From contig NC_042998.1 in the NCBI RefSeq assembly GCF_006345805.1, positions 52,452,001 to 52,516,000 of the forward strand: DNA of 64,000 nucleotides, given 5' to 3'. The notes under the pieces are model-generated. The model did not search any database. It worked only from the letters and a program-made list of their open reading frames with translations, and had not been told where the DNA came from. Shown in pieces: positions 23,500 to 37,119 of the stretch (position 1 is its first letter; each line of letters begins with the position of its first letter). This DNA is from Octopus sinensis (lineage: Eukaryota). The translations under genes and the position numbers were made by a program.

Positions 23500-24105
23500 C
23501 TTTTAGTTTTTATTTGTTTCAGTCATTAGACTGTGGCCAAGCTGGGGCACTGCCTTGTAGAATTATTAGTTGAATGCATTGACCCAATACTTAAGTTTTT
23601 AAAGCCTGGTACTTATTCCATTGGTATCTTTTGCTGAACTGCTAAGTTACAGGAATGTAAACACACCAGCACTGATTGTCAAGCAGTGGTGGTGGTGGAG
23701 ACAAGCACAAACACACACACACAGACAGACAGACAGACAAACACACACACACACACACACACACACATGCACACACACACACACAGATATATATAATAGG
23801 CTTCTTTCAGTTTCTGTCTACCAAATCCACTTGCAAGGCCTTGGCTGGTCCAAGCTGTAATAGAAGACATTTTCCCATGCAGTGGGACTGAACTCAGAAC
23901 CATGTGGTTGTTGATGTTGCTGCTGCCACTGCTGTTATTATTGTTGTTGTTGTTACAAGTTCTGAGACTAGTTTATATTCGTAAATTAAAATACAAAGTT
24001 CACCGAAAACTGTAAACATCACCAGTGAAATCACAAATTTTATAACAGATTTAAAGTTATTTTCCTTCAAAAGCAAACCACTCACATTTACCACACAGCC
24101 ACGTC
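23500..24105 (-). mobile_element. SINE family B interrupted by a 180-bp locally copied insert (23911-24090)
   Basis: SINE ...catgtggttg | insert | ccacacagcc. The insert is nearly identical to 23115-23296. Confidence 0.88.
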
Positions 24106-24274
24106 TGTGCCTATGTGTATTCTACCTCATTGTACCAAACCCTACTTCAGTTAGACTTTTTCCATCATCCTTTTTTGGCCATCAATAAATTAAACACCAA
24201 TGAAATACCATAGATCAATTAATTTAACTGCAGAATGATTTTATAGCTTTCTTAAGGAATGTCATAATTATTTG

Positions 24275-24695
24275 TGTGTAGCTTTGTGGTAAGAAGCTTG
24301 TTCACCAACCTCATGGCTCAGGGTTCAGTTCCACTGTGGCACCTCGGGCAAGTGTCTTCTACAATAGCCTTGGCTTGACCAAAGCCTTTTGAGTGGATTC
24401 AGAAGAGAGAAACTGAAAGAAGCCTGTTTTGTGCATGTGTGTGTGTGTGTGTGTAAAAATTAATGTGCACATGCATGTGCTTGTCTGTGTGTGTTTGTGT
24501 ATGTGTTTGTTACCCCGCCACCACTTGACAACTGGTGTTGCTGTGTTTACATTTCCATAACTTAGCAGTTCAGCAACAGCGATTGATAGGCTTTAAAATA
24601 AAATAAGTACTGGCGTTCGACTAAAAGTTCTTTCAGGTGGGGCCTCAACATGGCTGGAGTCTAATGACTGAAACAAGTAAAAGATACAAGATAAT
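24275..24695 (+). mobile_element. SINE family B
   Basis: Homology to the 1506 element. Confidence 0.8.
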
Positions 24696-25011
24696 AGTTA
24701 TTAGTCATCTGCCATCTGGTGATAAAGGCCAGCGATTAAAATACTGGGTTACCTTATTTCACTACAAGTATTCAGTTATCAGAATATTATCAGCGAAAGT
24801 AAACAACTGAAAATACTGGTAAAAAACAAAACAATTCATAATGAAAGTTATTTATCTATTTATTTATATATTTATTCATTTCTGAGTTTATTGTTTAGTT
24901 ATTCAACTAAGTTTTATTTATTTTTCATAATAATCAAATTGCTGCTTTGTATTGTACTGTGTTTCATTCACAATGTAATGACAGTTTGAAGGTTTAATCC
25001 AGCAACTGGTT

Positions 25012-25252
25012 CCCAATACCTATTTCTTTACTACCCACAAGGGGCTAAACACAGAGAGGACAAACAAGGACAGACAAACGGATTAAGTCAATTACATCGA
25101 CCCCAGTGCGTAACTGGTACTTAATTTATCGACCCCGAAAGGATGGAAGGCAAAGTTGACCTTGGTGGAATTTGAACTCAGAACATAACAGCAGACGAAA
25201 TACGGCTAAGCATTTCACCCGGCATGCTAGCAATTCCGCCAGCTTGCCACCT
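25012..25252 (-). mobile_element. SINE family C
   Basis: Nearly identical to 5062-5302. Confidence 0.85.
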
Positions 25253-25608
25253 TACTGGTTCCCAATACCATCAGGTCCTTGAGTGCTTTTAGCAGAGTAC
25301 AATAGCCTAGAGGTGAAATTGGTGGCCACAAACTATGTGGAAATCCTACAAACACACACACACACGCATACATACATACACGCATGCATGCACACATTCA
25401 CACACACACACACACACACATGCACACATTCTGTTTTCCATACTGGTGTGGGTTGGATGGTTTGACTGGAGCTGACCTGCTGAAGGGCTGTGAAGGCTCC
25501 TTGTCTATTTTTGCTTGGTTGGAGTAGGGTGTGTGAAAACTGTGGTGGGAAACTCTTCTCAAAAGCCTCATATCACCATCCTGATCATTATGATAATTTA
25601 ACATCCAC

Positions 25609-25827
25609 TTTAGCATTCAAACTGGGCCATAACTAACCAAAATATTCTACATGTTTTATAGTCAAACCAGCCAGATACACCATCTAACACCTGCCACACA
25701 ATGTCCTTCTAAAATAAGCTACCACATGAAAATCTCAAAGCTACAAGATAATCCATGATTAATTCAAAAACAATATGAGTAAATAAGCATTACATTTGAC
25801 AGAATAATCTGAATTCTAAAGGGTTAA
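25609..25827. mobile_element. piggyBac-type MITE with damaged left end
   Basis: Interior matches 27668-27892. Right end ctaaaggg-TTAA. Confidence 0.75.
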
Positions 25828-26418
25828 TATTATTTCTTATGTCAAGTATGGTGGGTGGAAATTTTAGACATGTTTTGAATTTATGCTGACTTCATCAGCA
25901 AATGTTATATGCAACTGGACACAACAACACTCCCAGAACTCAGTTTCACTGTGGTGGGAAACTCTTCTCAAAATCCTCATATCACCATCCTAATCATCAT
26001 GATCATTTAATATTCACTTTCCATGCTTGCTTGGAATTGATGGTATTTGTTGAAGCAGTTTTCTATGGCTGAGGTGATTACTATTAGTACAGCTTAGTTG
26101 CCTGATATGATAAACAACCGTTGTTATATGCTTAAAGAAAAACGCAATATACTCCAAAGATAGATGAAACAAAATCACCCTAGAAGTGATCACAAGAGTT
26201 ACAAATACCTTATTTCACCAATTTATTGAAGATGAATATTTTATCCAGATAATATTGGTGTAAAGAAAGCTTCCATTGGTGTAACCAGGTGATATGGAAT
26301 ATATTCCAGTGTCTGGGTCATTTGAAAAGTTTAGAGTTAGGGTCAGAATTGGTGAAGGCTTACTTTTATTGTTAGGCTGTGGGTCACACACAATTCTTTT
26401 ATCACTACTATTAATCTA

Positions 26419-26637
26419 TATGGAGGCGCAGAAAAGTTCCCGGCTTTGGGTAAAAGAAAATACAGGAGGATCAATTAATTATGATTTTATCTAACATATT
26501 CCCCTCTCAGATTCACACACTTATTGTAGGGGTCCTTCAGTTTTTCTAAGCCCTGTAAAAGAACTCAGAAGGTTGGGCCTCCAGTCAGGTCTTTTACGAT
26601 AGACTTAAAGCCAGGAACTTTTCAGCATCCCCTTGTA
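26419..26637 (-). mobile_element. Mariner-derived MITE
   Basis: TIRs ta-tggaggcgcagaaaagttcccggcttt / aaagccaggaacttttcagcatccccttg-ta. Confidence 0.8.
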
Positions 26638-27667
26638 TTTTGGTAGAAATGAAAGATACTTCTCAGTACAAATAACAAATTATCATTACATACACATCAA
26701 TTCTTATTAATTCTCTCACACTTCTTTAATCAAGCCCTAATAATATAATACTGATTATAAATCATTGTCATTTAATGCCCACTTTTCCATGTTTGCATGC
26801 GTCAGACAGAATTTGTTGAAGCAAATTTTCTATAGCTGGGTGCCTTTCCTTTGGCCACTCCTTACCAGTTTCTAAGCAAGGTACTATTTTCTCCCAAGCC
26901 AGATATGTTCTCACAAAAAGTTGGAAATGAATGACAGTGCTTGTATAACCGTGACAATCATTGTACAATTGTCACATGATGTGAAGACCAGGAAACACAA
27001 ACCTACACAAACACACACATATCTATGATGGGCTTCTTTCACTTACTGTCTTCCAGATCCAGTCACAAGGCTTTTATTTGTCTGACACTATAGTTGAAGA
27101 CACTTGCTTAAGGTACCATGCAGTGGGATTGAACTTGAAACTATGTGATTATGAAGCAATTTTCTTAACCACACAGGCATTCTTGCACAAAAGTTATTTG
27201 AAGTTAGTTAGCTTTTTAATGCTCTTTGCTTCTGGTTATCACATAACCAAGTACTACCTGCTCGTGGTTGAGTAGGTAGAAACTACACATCCTCCTCACT
27301 CAGCTTGCTCTGCAAGGAAGATGCTTAGGCACTCAGTAGGATTAAAAGACAAGGTTTGACAAAAGCAGATGAGTTCCATGAAAGTCAAAGGCACTCATAT
27401 CATTTGAATTACCAATCTTAAAGAGATTCTCTTTACTCTTATACTAGATGTGTTGGTGCTCAGGCTTATGACCTAAGGAAGGAAAAGATTGGCAGAATAA
27501 TTAAGGAACCATAATAGCAAAGCTGCTAAGAGAACTGCTTGCAATGGCTTTTCATTATATTTATTTATAATTGTGAAAACTAATTTAATCTATTTAATGC
27601 AGGAACATTAAAAAGCTGCCAAAAATAAATAAATTACTTAGTGGGTATAAATGACATTCATCACTAA

Positions 27668-27892
27668 TTAACCCTTTAGCATTCAAACTGGGCCATAACT
27701 GGCCAAAATATTCTATATGTTTTGTAGTCACATCACCCAGATACAGCATCTCACACCTGCCCTACAATGTCCTTCTAAAATAAGCTATCACATGAAAATC
27801 TCAGAGCTACAAGATAATCCATGATTAATTCAAAACAATGGGAGTAAATAAGCATTACATTTGACAGAATAATCTGAATTCTAAAGGGTTAA
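27668..27892. mobile_element. piggyBac-type MITE
   Basis: TTAA-ccctttag ... ctaaaggg-TTAA (TTAA target duplication, CCC/GGG termini). Confidence 0.85.
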
Positions 27893-27985
27893 AATTATTT
27901 CTTGTTCCAAGTATGGTGGGTGGCAATTTTAGACACGTTTTGAATTTATGCTGAATTCATCAGCAAAGCATAGCCTTCACCATAC

Positions 27986-28093
27986 TTGTTGAAGATGTGA
28001 TGATAGGATTCCCTAAATAGCATACAAGATTGTACATTGGTTGTCATAGGAAAATAGAATTGTTTAAAGATTATATAATTTCCAAGATGCTGT
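27986..28093 (-). CDS. Candidate coding exon (108 nt, phase 2-2): QHLGNYIIFKQFYFPMTTNVQSCMLFRESYHHIFN
   Basis: Acceptor cttatcatttttcatgcag|, donor caacaa|gtatgg. Open frame in unique sequence. Phase compatible with the 31090 exon. Confidence 0.5.
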
Positions 28094-29169
28094 CTGCATG
28101 AAAAATGATAAGATTTTCTTGTTATTTTCGCTATTGTCATTATTCATGTTATTGTTTTAGGTTTCATATAATCAGCCAATTGTTTTGAGTTCTTGTAGAG
28201 TTTCAGTTTCTTGATAAAAAAATACATGACATCCCAGCTGGTATGTTTATCATGTGTGTATGGAAAAGCAGAAACAAAACAGCAAAATATTCTGAATGGA
28301 ACCATATCAAGACATTACATTTCATTTTGGCATTTTAAAGAATGAAAAAAAATATGTTGGTAAGAGATCTTTCTACATTGAAATAATTTCGCAGGAATTC
28401 TCAGGGAGTACAGTACATCACTCAGCATAAGAACAAACTCTCTTTCTATCTGTCTGTCCCTTTGTTTATCATTTTATCTTACCAATAAACACTACACATG
28501 TACAATAGGGTTTCAAGAGACATGAATAGATGAGGGTGTTTGCATGTGCTTGTTTACCCTGCTAGAAATAGAAACAGGATCAAGATTAAATTCTAAATGT
28601 GGAAGAATAGGCTGTGTACTAGAATGTTTGTAAATGCTTTTAACAGTGGCACTGTTTCAGGTATGTGACCGAAATTCTGATGAATGTTATTATCTATGAG
28701 CTGAAAAATAGTCAGGCTCTAAAGAAGAAATCAATATACCATTCAAAAGTTAATTTGCTACAAAAAGAATGAGATAGGAGTATTCTGCTATCAGAAAATT
28801 GTTATAAAATTTCTGATTGTTGGACTTTAAAAATCCCTGTTGGGAATAAAAACAAACCGCTAGGAACTGATCTAAATACATTCAGAAACACAAACAATAC
28901 AAAGCATTGTTTACCATTTTCAAAGGAGCTATATTATACAAAGTGTGCAAAAAAAATTTTAGGATTTTTTAATGTCACGTTTTTTCAAGACAGCTTGATG
29001 TATTAATGAACAGTCAGCAGTGTTGGAGAGCATAAAGATTAAGGTTGTGATCGAAGAGAAGTTAGATGACATGGAAGGCTGTAAGCCATCTGAATATTGG
29101 TAAAGAGTTACCTGTACCATGATGATCCACAATGGGTAACAAAATGCCCAACATTATTGTGGTGTATGC

Positions 29170-29425
29170 GTGAGATTTGAAATAAGGACACCTACCTTCT
29201 CTTCGTCGATAGAGACTTCTTCAGTGGTAATGCACCCTTCCATGCGGCCTGACCCGAACACTAGAAATAGCAGCTGCTTTTCCCCTACCTTAACAAAGCA
29301 CTCACACGTCCAACTCCCTTGGCTACCTCGATCGAAAAAGCCCAATGCTGCCCTGCCTGCACTTGCATCGCTCCTGCTCCTTCCTCTTCCACTCAGCTCC
29401 CCAGCTGCTGACGTCATCCCATAAT
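29170..29425 (+). mobile_element. GC-rich interspersed repeat fragment, probably a LINE 5' region
   Basis: Reverse complement aligns with 63830-64000 (gaaaagcagctgctattt...). Class assignment is inference. Confidence 0.55.
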
Positions 29426-29479
29426 TATGACTGCTGCTCAATGCTCTGGGAACACTGGAAAGGCTGTAAGAAATGACAT

Positions 29480-29735
29480 GGACTTCATAAAAACCAAGTT
29501 CCCCCAAACTGTGATGGTCTTTGAGTATGTCTCCTGTCAGAGTGGCATCATGCTGCCCCACATCTTTGAACACAGCCTTAGGCTAAATTCTGACACTTAT
29601 CTGAAGCTGCTGGAGGCTGTGGCTAAACTTTGGCTGGAGAGGGTCGTTGCTGGAAGGTCATATGTGTTGCAACAGGATTTGTTTCCTTACCATACTTCCT
29701 GAAAGAGTTGGCAGTGGTTTCTGGCCTCCTAATTC
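29480..29735 (+). pseudogene. Tc1/mariner-superfamily transposase fragment
   Basis: KTKFPQTVMVFEYVSCQSGIMLPHIFE...Y...L......W........YVLQQDLFPYHTS resembles the catalytic segment between the first and second D (QQDxAPxH motif). Confidence 0.8.
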
Positions 29736-30063
29736 TATGCACACGTCTATGTACTGACAGGGGAGATAACCACCCCACAGTGAGTGAGATCACTATACTA
29801 GCAAGTTAGCACATAGACAGTGTGCTTTTTGTGGCTATACAGGGTTTTTGACTCTTGTTTCTAGCTATGTAGGTTTTACCCTGCATCTTTAGTCATTATT
29901 AAGTGACAACTGAATTTTTTCTTTTTTGTTTTATATTGCATCTAGCCACCTTTATTATTTTATAATTTTCACATTACCATTTTGCTGAATATTCCATTGA
30001 TTCATATGGTAAATACTATATAATAACAGGTAGGATTTAGCATAACTATAAGCAAATTGATAA

Positions 30064-30260
30064 GGCGGCGAACTGGCAGAAACGTTAGCACGCCGGGCGA
30101 AATGCATAGCCATATTTTGTCTGCCGTTATGTTCTGGGTTCAAATTCCGCCGAGGTCGACTTTGGCTTTCATCCTTTTGGGGTCGATAAATTAAGTACCA
30201 GTTTGTCTGTCCTTGTTTGTCCCCTCTCTGTTTAGCCCTTTGTGGGTAGTAAAGAAATAT
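30064..30260 (+). mobile_element. SINE family C
   Basis: ggcggcgaactggcagaaacgttagcacgccgggcgaaatgc head. Confidence 0.85.
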
Positions 30261-31089
30261 ATAAGCAAATTGATATAAAGAAACATGAATTATAAATGTA
30301 AAAATACTTATTCCCAAATACCATCATAAAATATGTGGAAAAAGCTCAGAGAATGTTAACTCTAAATCAAAGACTCATAGACAAACCTAGGAATGGGTCC
30401 TGACTGGTGTATTGGGATCAAAGCTTTTCTCGTCATGAGGTACTAAAGGCAAATCTAAAGAACGTAAAAGCTGATATCGAATATGTGAAGATGCAATACA
30501 GAAATTGATCAGCTTGCTTTTGTTAATTCTAGTATAATTAGCTGAAAGTGTCTTACACCAAACATTCTGAAAATATCATAGAATTCTGAAAGAATGGTAT
30601 AAACATATGTCACCATATATTTCAGAAAGTGACAATTTGTCTATACTTTGGAAAATACCAATTCTCAAAGACAGAAATAAGTAAATTAGTTAGATATTGC
30701 TCACAAGTATAATCAGACAAAACAAGGTGTCTCTTGATAGATATTCCAATCTTAGCAACCATTAACTTATTTATAGAACAGCTAGAATCTAAATAAGGAT
30801 ATAGGAATGTAAATATCTAGAATACTGGAATTGTAAAAGGAAACCATCTCTATAATGATACTTTAAGTAAGAATAGTAAAAGAAATGGACAAATAGTACA
30901 ACCATGTTCATACGTTGACATATTTACTCTAGAAGTAACATACATTGCACTGATATAGATAATGTATTATAAATGCTATAAAGATTTCTATTATTTGCAC
31001 AAATTTTGGTGGAAATGAGTACAGTCCTTAGAATGTAGTATTTGAATTGTATGTATTGCATGTGTTGTATGTTCTAGGACCCTGCTTAC

Positions 31090-31322
31090 ACTTTCAGTGA
31101 TTCTGAAATCCTGAAACCTGCAAGCTGACTGGGTAGATTCTGGACAGCTGGTCTAAGGGAGACAATCCCTTTTGTTTGACCCTTCTTTGTCTTTTCTTCC
31201 TCCACTTTGAAGAGAGGTTTTAGGGCACTGGCCATTAGGGTCTGATGAGACATTGTAAAGCTAAGTGCTTTAAGGATGTAAAACCCTGGGTAACCCCATT
31301 CATTGGCCATGAATATCTTTAT
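31090..31322 (-). CDS. Candidate coding exon; 5' boundary uncertain (31322, 31260 or 31241)
   Basis: Only one frame open: IKIFMANEWGYPGFYILKALSFTMSHQTLMASALKPLFKVEEEKTKKGQTKGIVSLRPAVQNLPSQLAGFRISESLK. Consensus donor aaagt|gtaagc (phase 2). Confidence 0.45.
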
Positions 31323-31419
31323 CTAAACACTCTACTGCTCTATAACTTTGTACTTTTCTTTGCATTTATGATTTACCAATGATCTATATATATATATATA
31401 TATGTGTGTGCGTATCTCT

Positions 31420-32082
<663 letters not shown>

Positions 32083-32224
32083 CAAAAACAATGTTACATT
32101 AAACTGAAGGATTACTCTATACTTTTTCTAGAGCTCACAGTGATTTCAAAGTTTCAGCCAGCTTAGCTTTCATTGAACTGTCTGAACAAAGCTAAGCTGA
32201 ATTGCAACACTATTCTTGTTAAAG

Positions 32225-32284
<60 letters not shown>

Positions 32285-33279
32285 TTATTGGGTAAAGCAG
32301 TAACAATGCAAGAAGATATAAGGTAAACTACAAAAAGAAAACAAAACAAAACAAAGCTGGAGTTTTACCTTACATTTCTATATTTTGGGGCTACGACCCT
32401 TTCTTCAGGACATGTGGGCAAGAAAGGGATGAAAAAGGTCATTGCTCAGATGTTTGGGGAGGAAAGTGACAAGCGCAATCAGGTGCTGCTATAGTAACCA
32501 GTCTGCTCAATGTAGTTCTTTTCTCATGTTTATGGCTGGCCTCAGTTTGTTGATAAGGAAGGCCTCTATTGCACTGAGTGACTTTGATGGATATCATGAA
32601 ATCCTGGGACAGTCACTTCTGTAGGTGTTTTTTTATTAAAGTGCCTGTGTGCATATATTCTTTGATTTTGAGAGCACACTACTCCAATTTAAAATACACA
32701 CATGTGCAGTGCACACATACATGCACACATGCAACAGGCGTTCATTCTCTCTACCAATTTCTTAAACTTCATCTACAAGGCATTGGTCATGTCAAGGCTA
32801 TAGTAGAAGACACCCCCTATATCATGTCACATAGCAAGAATGAACCTGTAACCATCTGGTTATAAAATGAACTTCTTCACCTCCCTTTCTCTCTCTCTCC
32901 TCTCTCTCTCTCTTTCCTCTATGGAGGTAGCCATGTATTTCCTTTACTGCAAGACATCTGTTCATATTCTGGCCTCTCATCAATTGGCAAAAAGCCACCT
33001 TGCTCAATACTACCCCACGCATCAGTTGAGGGTGGTTGGGTGGGTTCTGTCTTGTAAGTTCTGTCTTGTAAATTCTTTGGTCTTGTAAGTTATTGACCCC
33101 ACTGCTGCTGGTACCCTGTAAAAAGCATTCAATATGTTCTGTAAAATGGCTGGCATTATTAGGAAGACCATCTAGCTGTAGAAACCTGCCAAAGCAGACA
33201 GCAAAGCTTGGCACGGATTTCTGAGCTGCCAATTCCTGACAAACTGTGCTGTCTATGGCAGCATGAAAATCAGATATGA

Positions 33280-33399
33280 AATGATGATGATGATGATGAT
33301 GATGATGATAATGATGATGATGACAATGATGAGTGGATGATGATAATGGTGGTGATGATGATGATGATGACGATGATGAGTGGATGATGATAATGGTGG

Positions 33400-33436
<37 letters not shown>

Positions 33437-33491
33437 AATGGTGGTGATGATGATGATGATGACGATGATGAGTGGATGATGATAATGGTGG

Positions 33492-33530
<39 letters not shown>

Positions 33531-33700
33531 CAATGATGAGTGGATGATGATAATGGTGGTGATGATGATGATGATGACGATGATGAGTGGATGATGATAA
33601 TGGTGGTGATGATGATGATGATGACGATGATGAGTGGATGATGATAATGGTGGTGATGATGATGATGATGACGATGATGAGTGGATGATGATAATGGTGG

Positions 33701-33750
<50 letters not shown>
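33280..33750. repeat. (GAT)n-derived higher-order minisatellite
   Basis: Unit (gat)n gacgatgatgagtggatgatgataatggtggt repeats about 8 times at an RTE (GAT)n tail. Confidence 0.92.
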
Positions 33751-33831
33751 GCACTATTCAAACTTTAAAAAAAAAAAATCAAAGAACACTGCAAGAATCT
33801 AACCATTACATTATAGTGTAGCAAGCGGAAG

Positions 33832-34460
33832 GTGGCGAGCAGGCAGAAACGTTAGAGTGCTGAGTGAAATGCTTAGTGATATTTCATCTGTCTTTATGCT
33901 CTGAGTTCAAATTCCACCGAGGTCGACTTTGCTTTCATCCTTTCGGGGTCAATAAATTAAGTACCAGTTACGCACTGGGGTCGATATAATCGACTTAATC
34001 CGTTTGTCTGTCCTTGTTTGTTCTCTCTGTGTTTAGCCCATTGTGGGTAGTAAAGAAATAGGTATTTCATCTGTCTTTACGTTCTGATTTCAAATTCCAC
34101 CAAGGTCGACTTTGCCTTTCATCCTTTCGGGGTCAATAAATTAAGTACCAGTTGTGTACACTAGGGTCGATCTAATCGACTAGCCTCCTCCCCCCAAAAA
34201 TTTCAGGCCTTGTGCCTAGAGTAGAAAAGATTACATTAGAGCAAGCTGGTAGACTTGTTAGCATGCCAGATGAAATGCTTTATGGCATTTCTTCCAGCTT
34301 TATGTTCTGAGTTCAAATTCTGCCAAGGTTGACTTTTTCTTTCATCCTTTTGGCCGTGGGGTCAATATAATACGTACTGGTGCCAGTTGAGCCCTGTGGT
34401 CGATGTAATCGGCTAGACTGCTTCCCAGCACCCAAATTTCAAGCCTCATGCCTATATTTG
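33832..34460 (+). mobile_element. SINE family C array: head plus tandem body, then a further copy
   Basis: Body motif at 33901 and 34084 (183-bp period). Another copy from about 34240. Confidence 0.85.
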
Positions 34461-34945
34461 AAAGAATTACATTAGATGACTTTTAATTGAAGTGCAACCA
34501 AAGTTAAGAGTTAATTTATAAAAATTACCCCTTCCACATACACATATACCTACTTTCTTTAGATCTATCTAGAAATTTAATCTAGAAACCCCCCCAAAAA
34601 ATAGTTAAATCTAATTGATTCACTGCAACAATAGCAGAAGTAATGCTAAAAAATAGATATCTATAAAACTGGACCAAATTGGTGCTCACTTATCTTAAAA
34701 TAAAATTTTTAAAAATATAAATAATCTATGGAAACAATAGTGAATATTTTATAGTTATTCTTTATTTGTTAATCTTCATATTTAATACAGTAGCGAGATT
34801 ACTAGTCAGTTTTAACTAATCCATATCACTCGAAACAATTAAGCTGTAACTTTATCTCAATGCTATGTATTAAATGTGAGCTGCTAATCTTTTTTCTACA
34901 GCAAAGTCTGGATTGTTTTTCTAGATGATAATAATAATAATGATA

Positions 34946-35025
<80 letters not shown>

Positions 35026-35829
35026 TGATAATGGATGATGATGATGAATAAGAACGACAACAAGAGCAGCAACAACAACAATAATAATAATAATAATAAT
35101 AATAATTGAAATTTGAAAAGAATATAAATACAATATTAATTGCTGAAAGCTTTGTTCTAGCTCTTATTCTCCGTTGGACTTTTCTGTTTTGAAAGTGCAT
35201 GGGTTGTGTGGGGAGGTGGATGTGTGTGTGTTTAGGTGTCTGTGTGGATGTTTATGGATGTGTTTGTGTGTGGATGTGTGTGTGAGTGGATGTGCGTGTG
35301 ACTTGTAGATGTGTGTGTGTGTGTGTGGATGGTGGATGTATGCGTGTGTATGTGATTGTGAATGTGTGTGTGTGTGGTTGTGTGATTGTGTGGACATGTA
35401 TGTGTCAATGTGTGTGTAAGCATCTGTGAATATGTATGTGTGTGTGTGTGTTGAAATAATTTCATCGCTCTGAGCTCACTAAAAATAAAACATATTTTGA
35501 GAGCATGTGTGTGTGTGTGTATGTGTGTGTGTGTGTGTGTTGCTGTATGGTAAGAAGTTTGCTTCCTAGCCGCATGACTGGAAGTTCAGTTCAATGATTC
35601 GAGGTTCAGTTCTACTATGTGTGCATATGTGTATGTGTTTTGTATCTGTCTTTGTTCCCAACACTACTTGACAACTGGTTATGGTGTTTACATCTCTGTA
35701 ACTTAGCAGTTCAGGAAAAAAGAGCAATAAAATGAGTACCAGACTTAAAAAAAAAATAACCCTGACGTTTATTCGTTTGACTAGAAATCCTGAAGGCTAA
35801 TGACTGAAGCAAGAAAAAAAAATCTCATA

Positions 35830-35897
<68 letters not shown>

Positions 35898-35984
35898 ATA
35901 CATATATATATATAATATATACATATATATATATATATACATATACACACATATATATATATATATTATACATAATTATTATTT

Positions 35985-36240
35985 GAGGGAATAAAATCCA
36001 AACTTACGAGGAAAAAGAATTCAATTTAGAAATACTAAATCAAATTCCACACAATATAATATATATAAAATTTAAGAAAAAACCACCTTTTATCTATTCA
36101 AAATGAATAATTAAATTACACCATCTAGAAAATTACATATAATAGAAAATATAATTTTAATAACAATTAAAATGTTAAGATTAAGTAAATTACAAGAATA
36201 ATTTTGAATTGATAAAAGGTGGGTTTTTTTCTAATATTTT
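35985..36240. repeat. Short fold-back element
   Basis: Starts gagggaataaaatccaaacttac. Arms agaaaaaaccaccttttatctattcaaaat and attttgaattgataaaaggtgggtttttttct. Confidence 0.75.
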
Positions 36241-36282
36241 GTATATATATATACATATATATACATATATATATATAAAAGG

Positions 36283-36620
36283 GTAAAGACCCCCTTCGGT
36301 CATGAATGACCATGGGATTGCACCTAGAAAGTTACCCTCCTAGACACAAGTCCGGGCAAGGTTGTTTATGGAAGACCAGCAGTCGCCCATGCATACCAGC
36401 CTCCCCTCTCCATGCCACCAGTGTTATCCAAGGGAAAGACAAAGGTCAATACAGCTTGGCACCAGTGACGTCGCAACTCATTTCTACAGCTGAGTGAACT
36501 GGAGCAACGTGAAATAAAGTGCCTTGCTCAAGAACACAACACGCAGCCCGGTCCGGGATTCGAGCTCACAACCTCACGATCGTAAGCTCGATGCTTTAAC
36601 CACAGAGCCATGTGCCTTCA
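36283..36620 (-). mobile_element. SINE family D, young-looking copy
   Basis: Reverse complement of the 16545 family. Confidence 0.88.
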
Positions 36621-37076
36621 CATATATATATATATATATATATAATATATAGTCTACTGTGATGAATCTACAAACAAACATACATAACTTCTAGGTGTAT
36701 ATTTTTTCCCCTCTGAAGAGATTGTGCTCAGAAATATGAATTTAATATTTAATTAATTTTACTGTGTATAATTGAAACAGCTGTAAGGGATAACGATCGA
36801 TTTGCTGCTGATAATAAACTTTTAATAACTTTAAAATTTCCATTTCCTTCTTTTTCTTTTGCATGAATACAAACTACAGTTTATATACAAACCTATTATT
36901 TTAAGGAAATCAATTCTCCCCCAAAATATTATTTATTGAACAAGTATTTCCTTGGATGACACCTTCCCTTCATGAGGCTAAATATATATATATATATATA
37001 TGGATGTTTTGTTGTCCCTTTTTGTATCACTAGTTATCCAGATGTTTTGCGTTCTTGTCCCCATTTTGTATTTTAT

Positions 37077-37118
<42 letters not shown>

Positions 37119-37119
37119 G

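Noticed and set aside
30380-30480. Minus-strand exon-like segment with an AG|GTTTGT donor
   Set aside because: The frame compatible with the neighbouring candidate exon contains stops.
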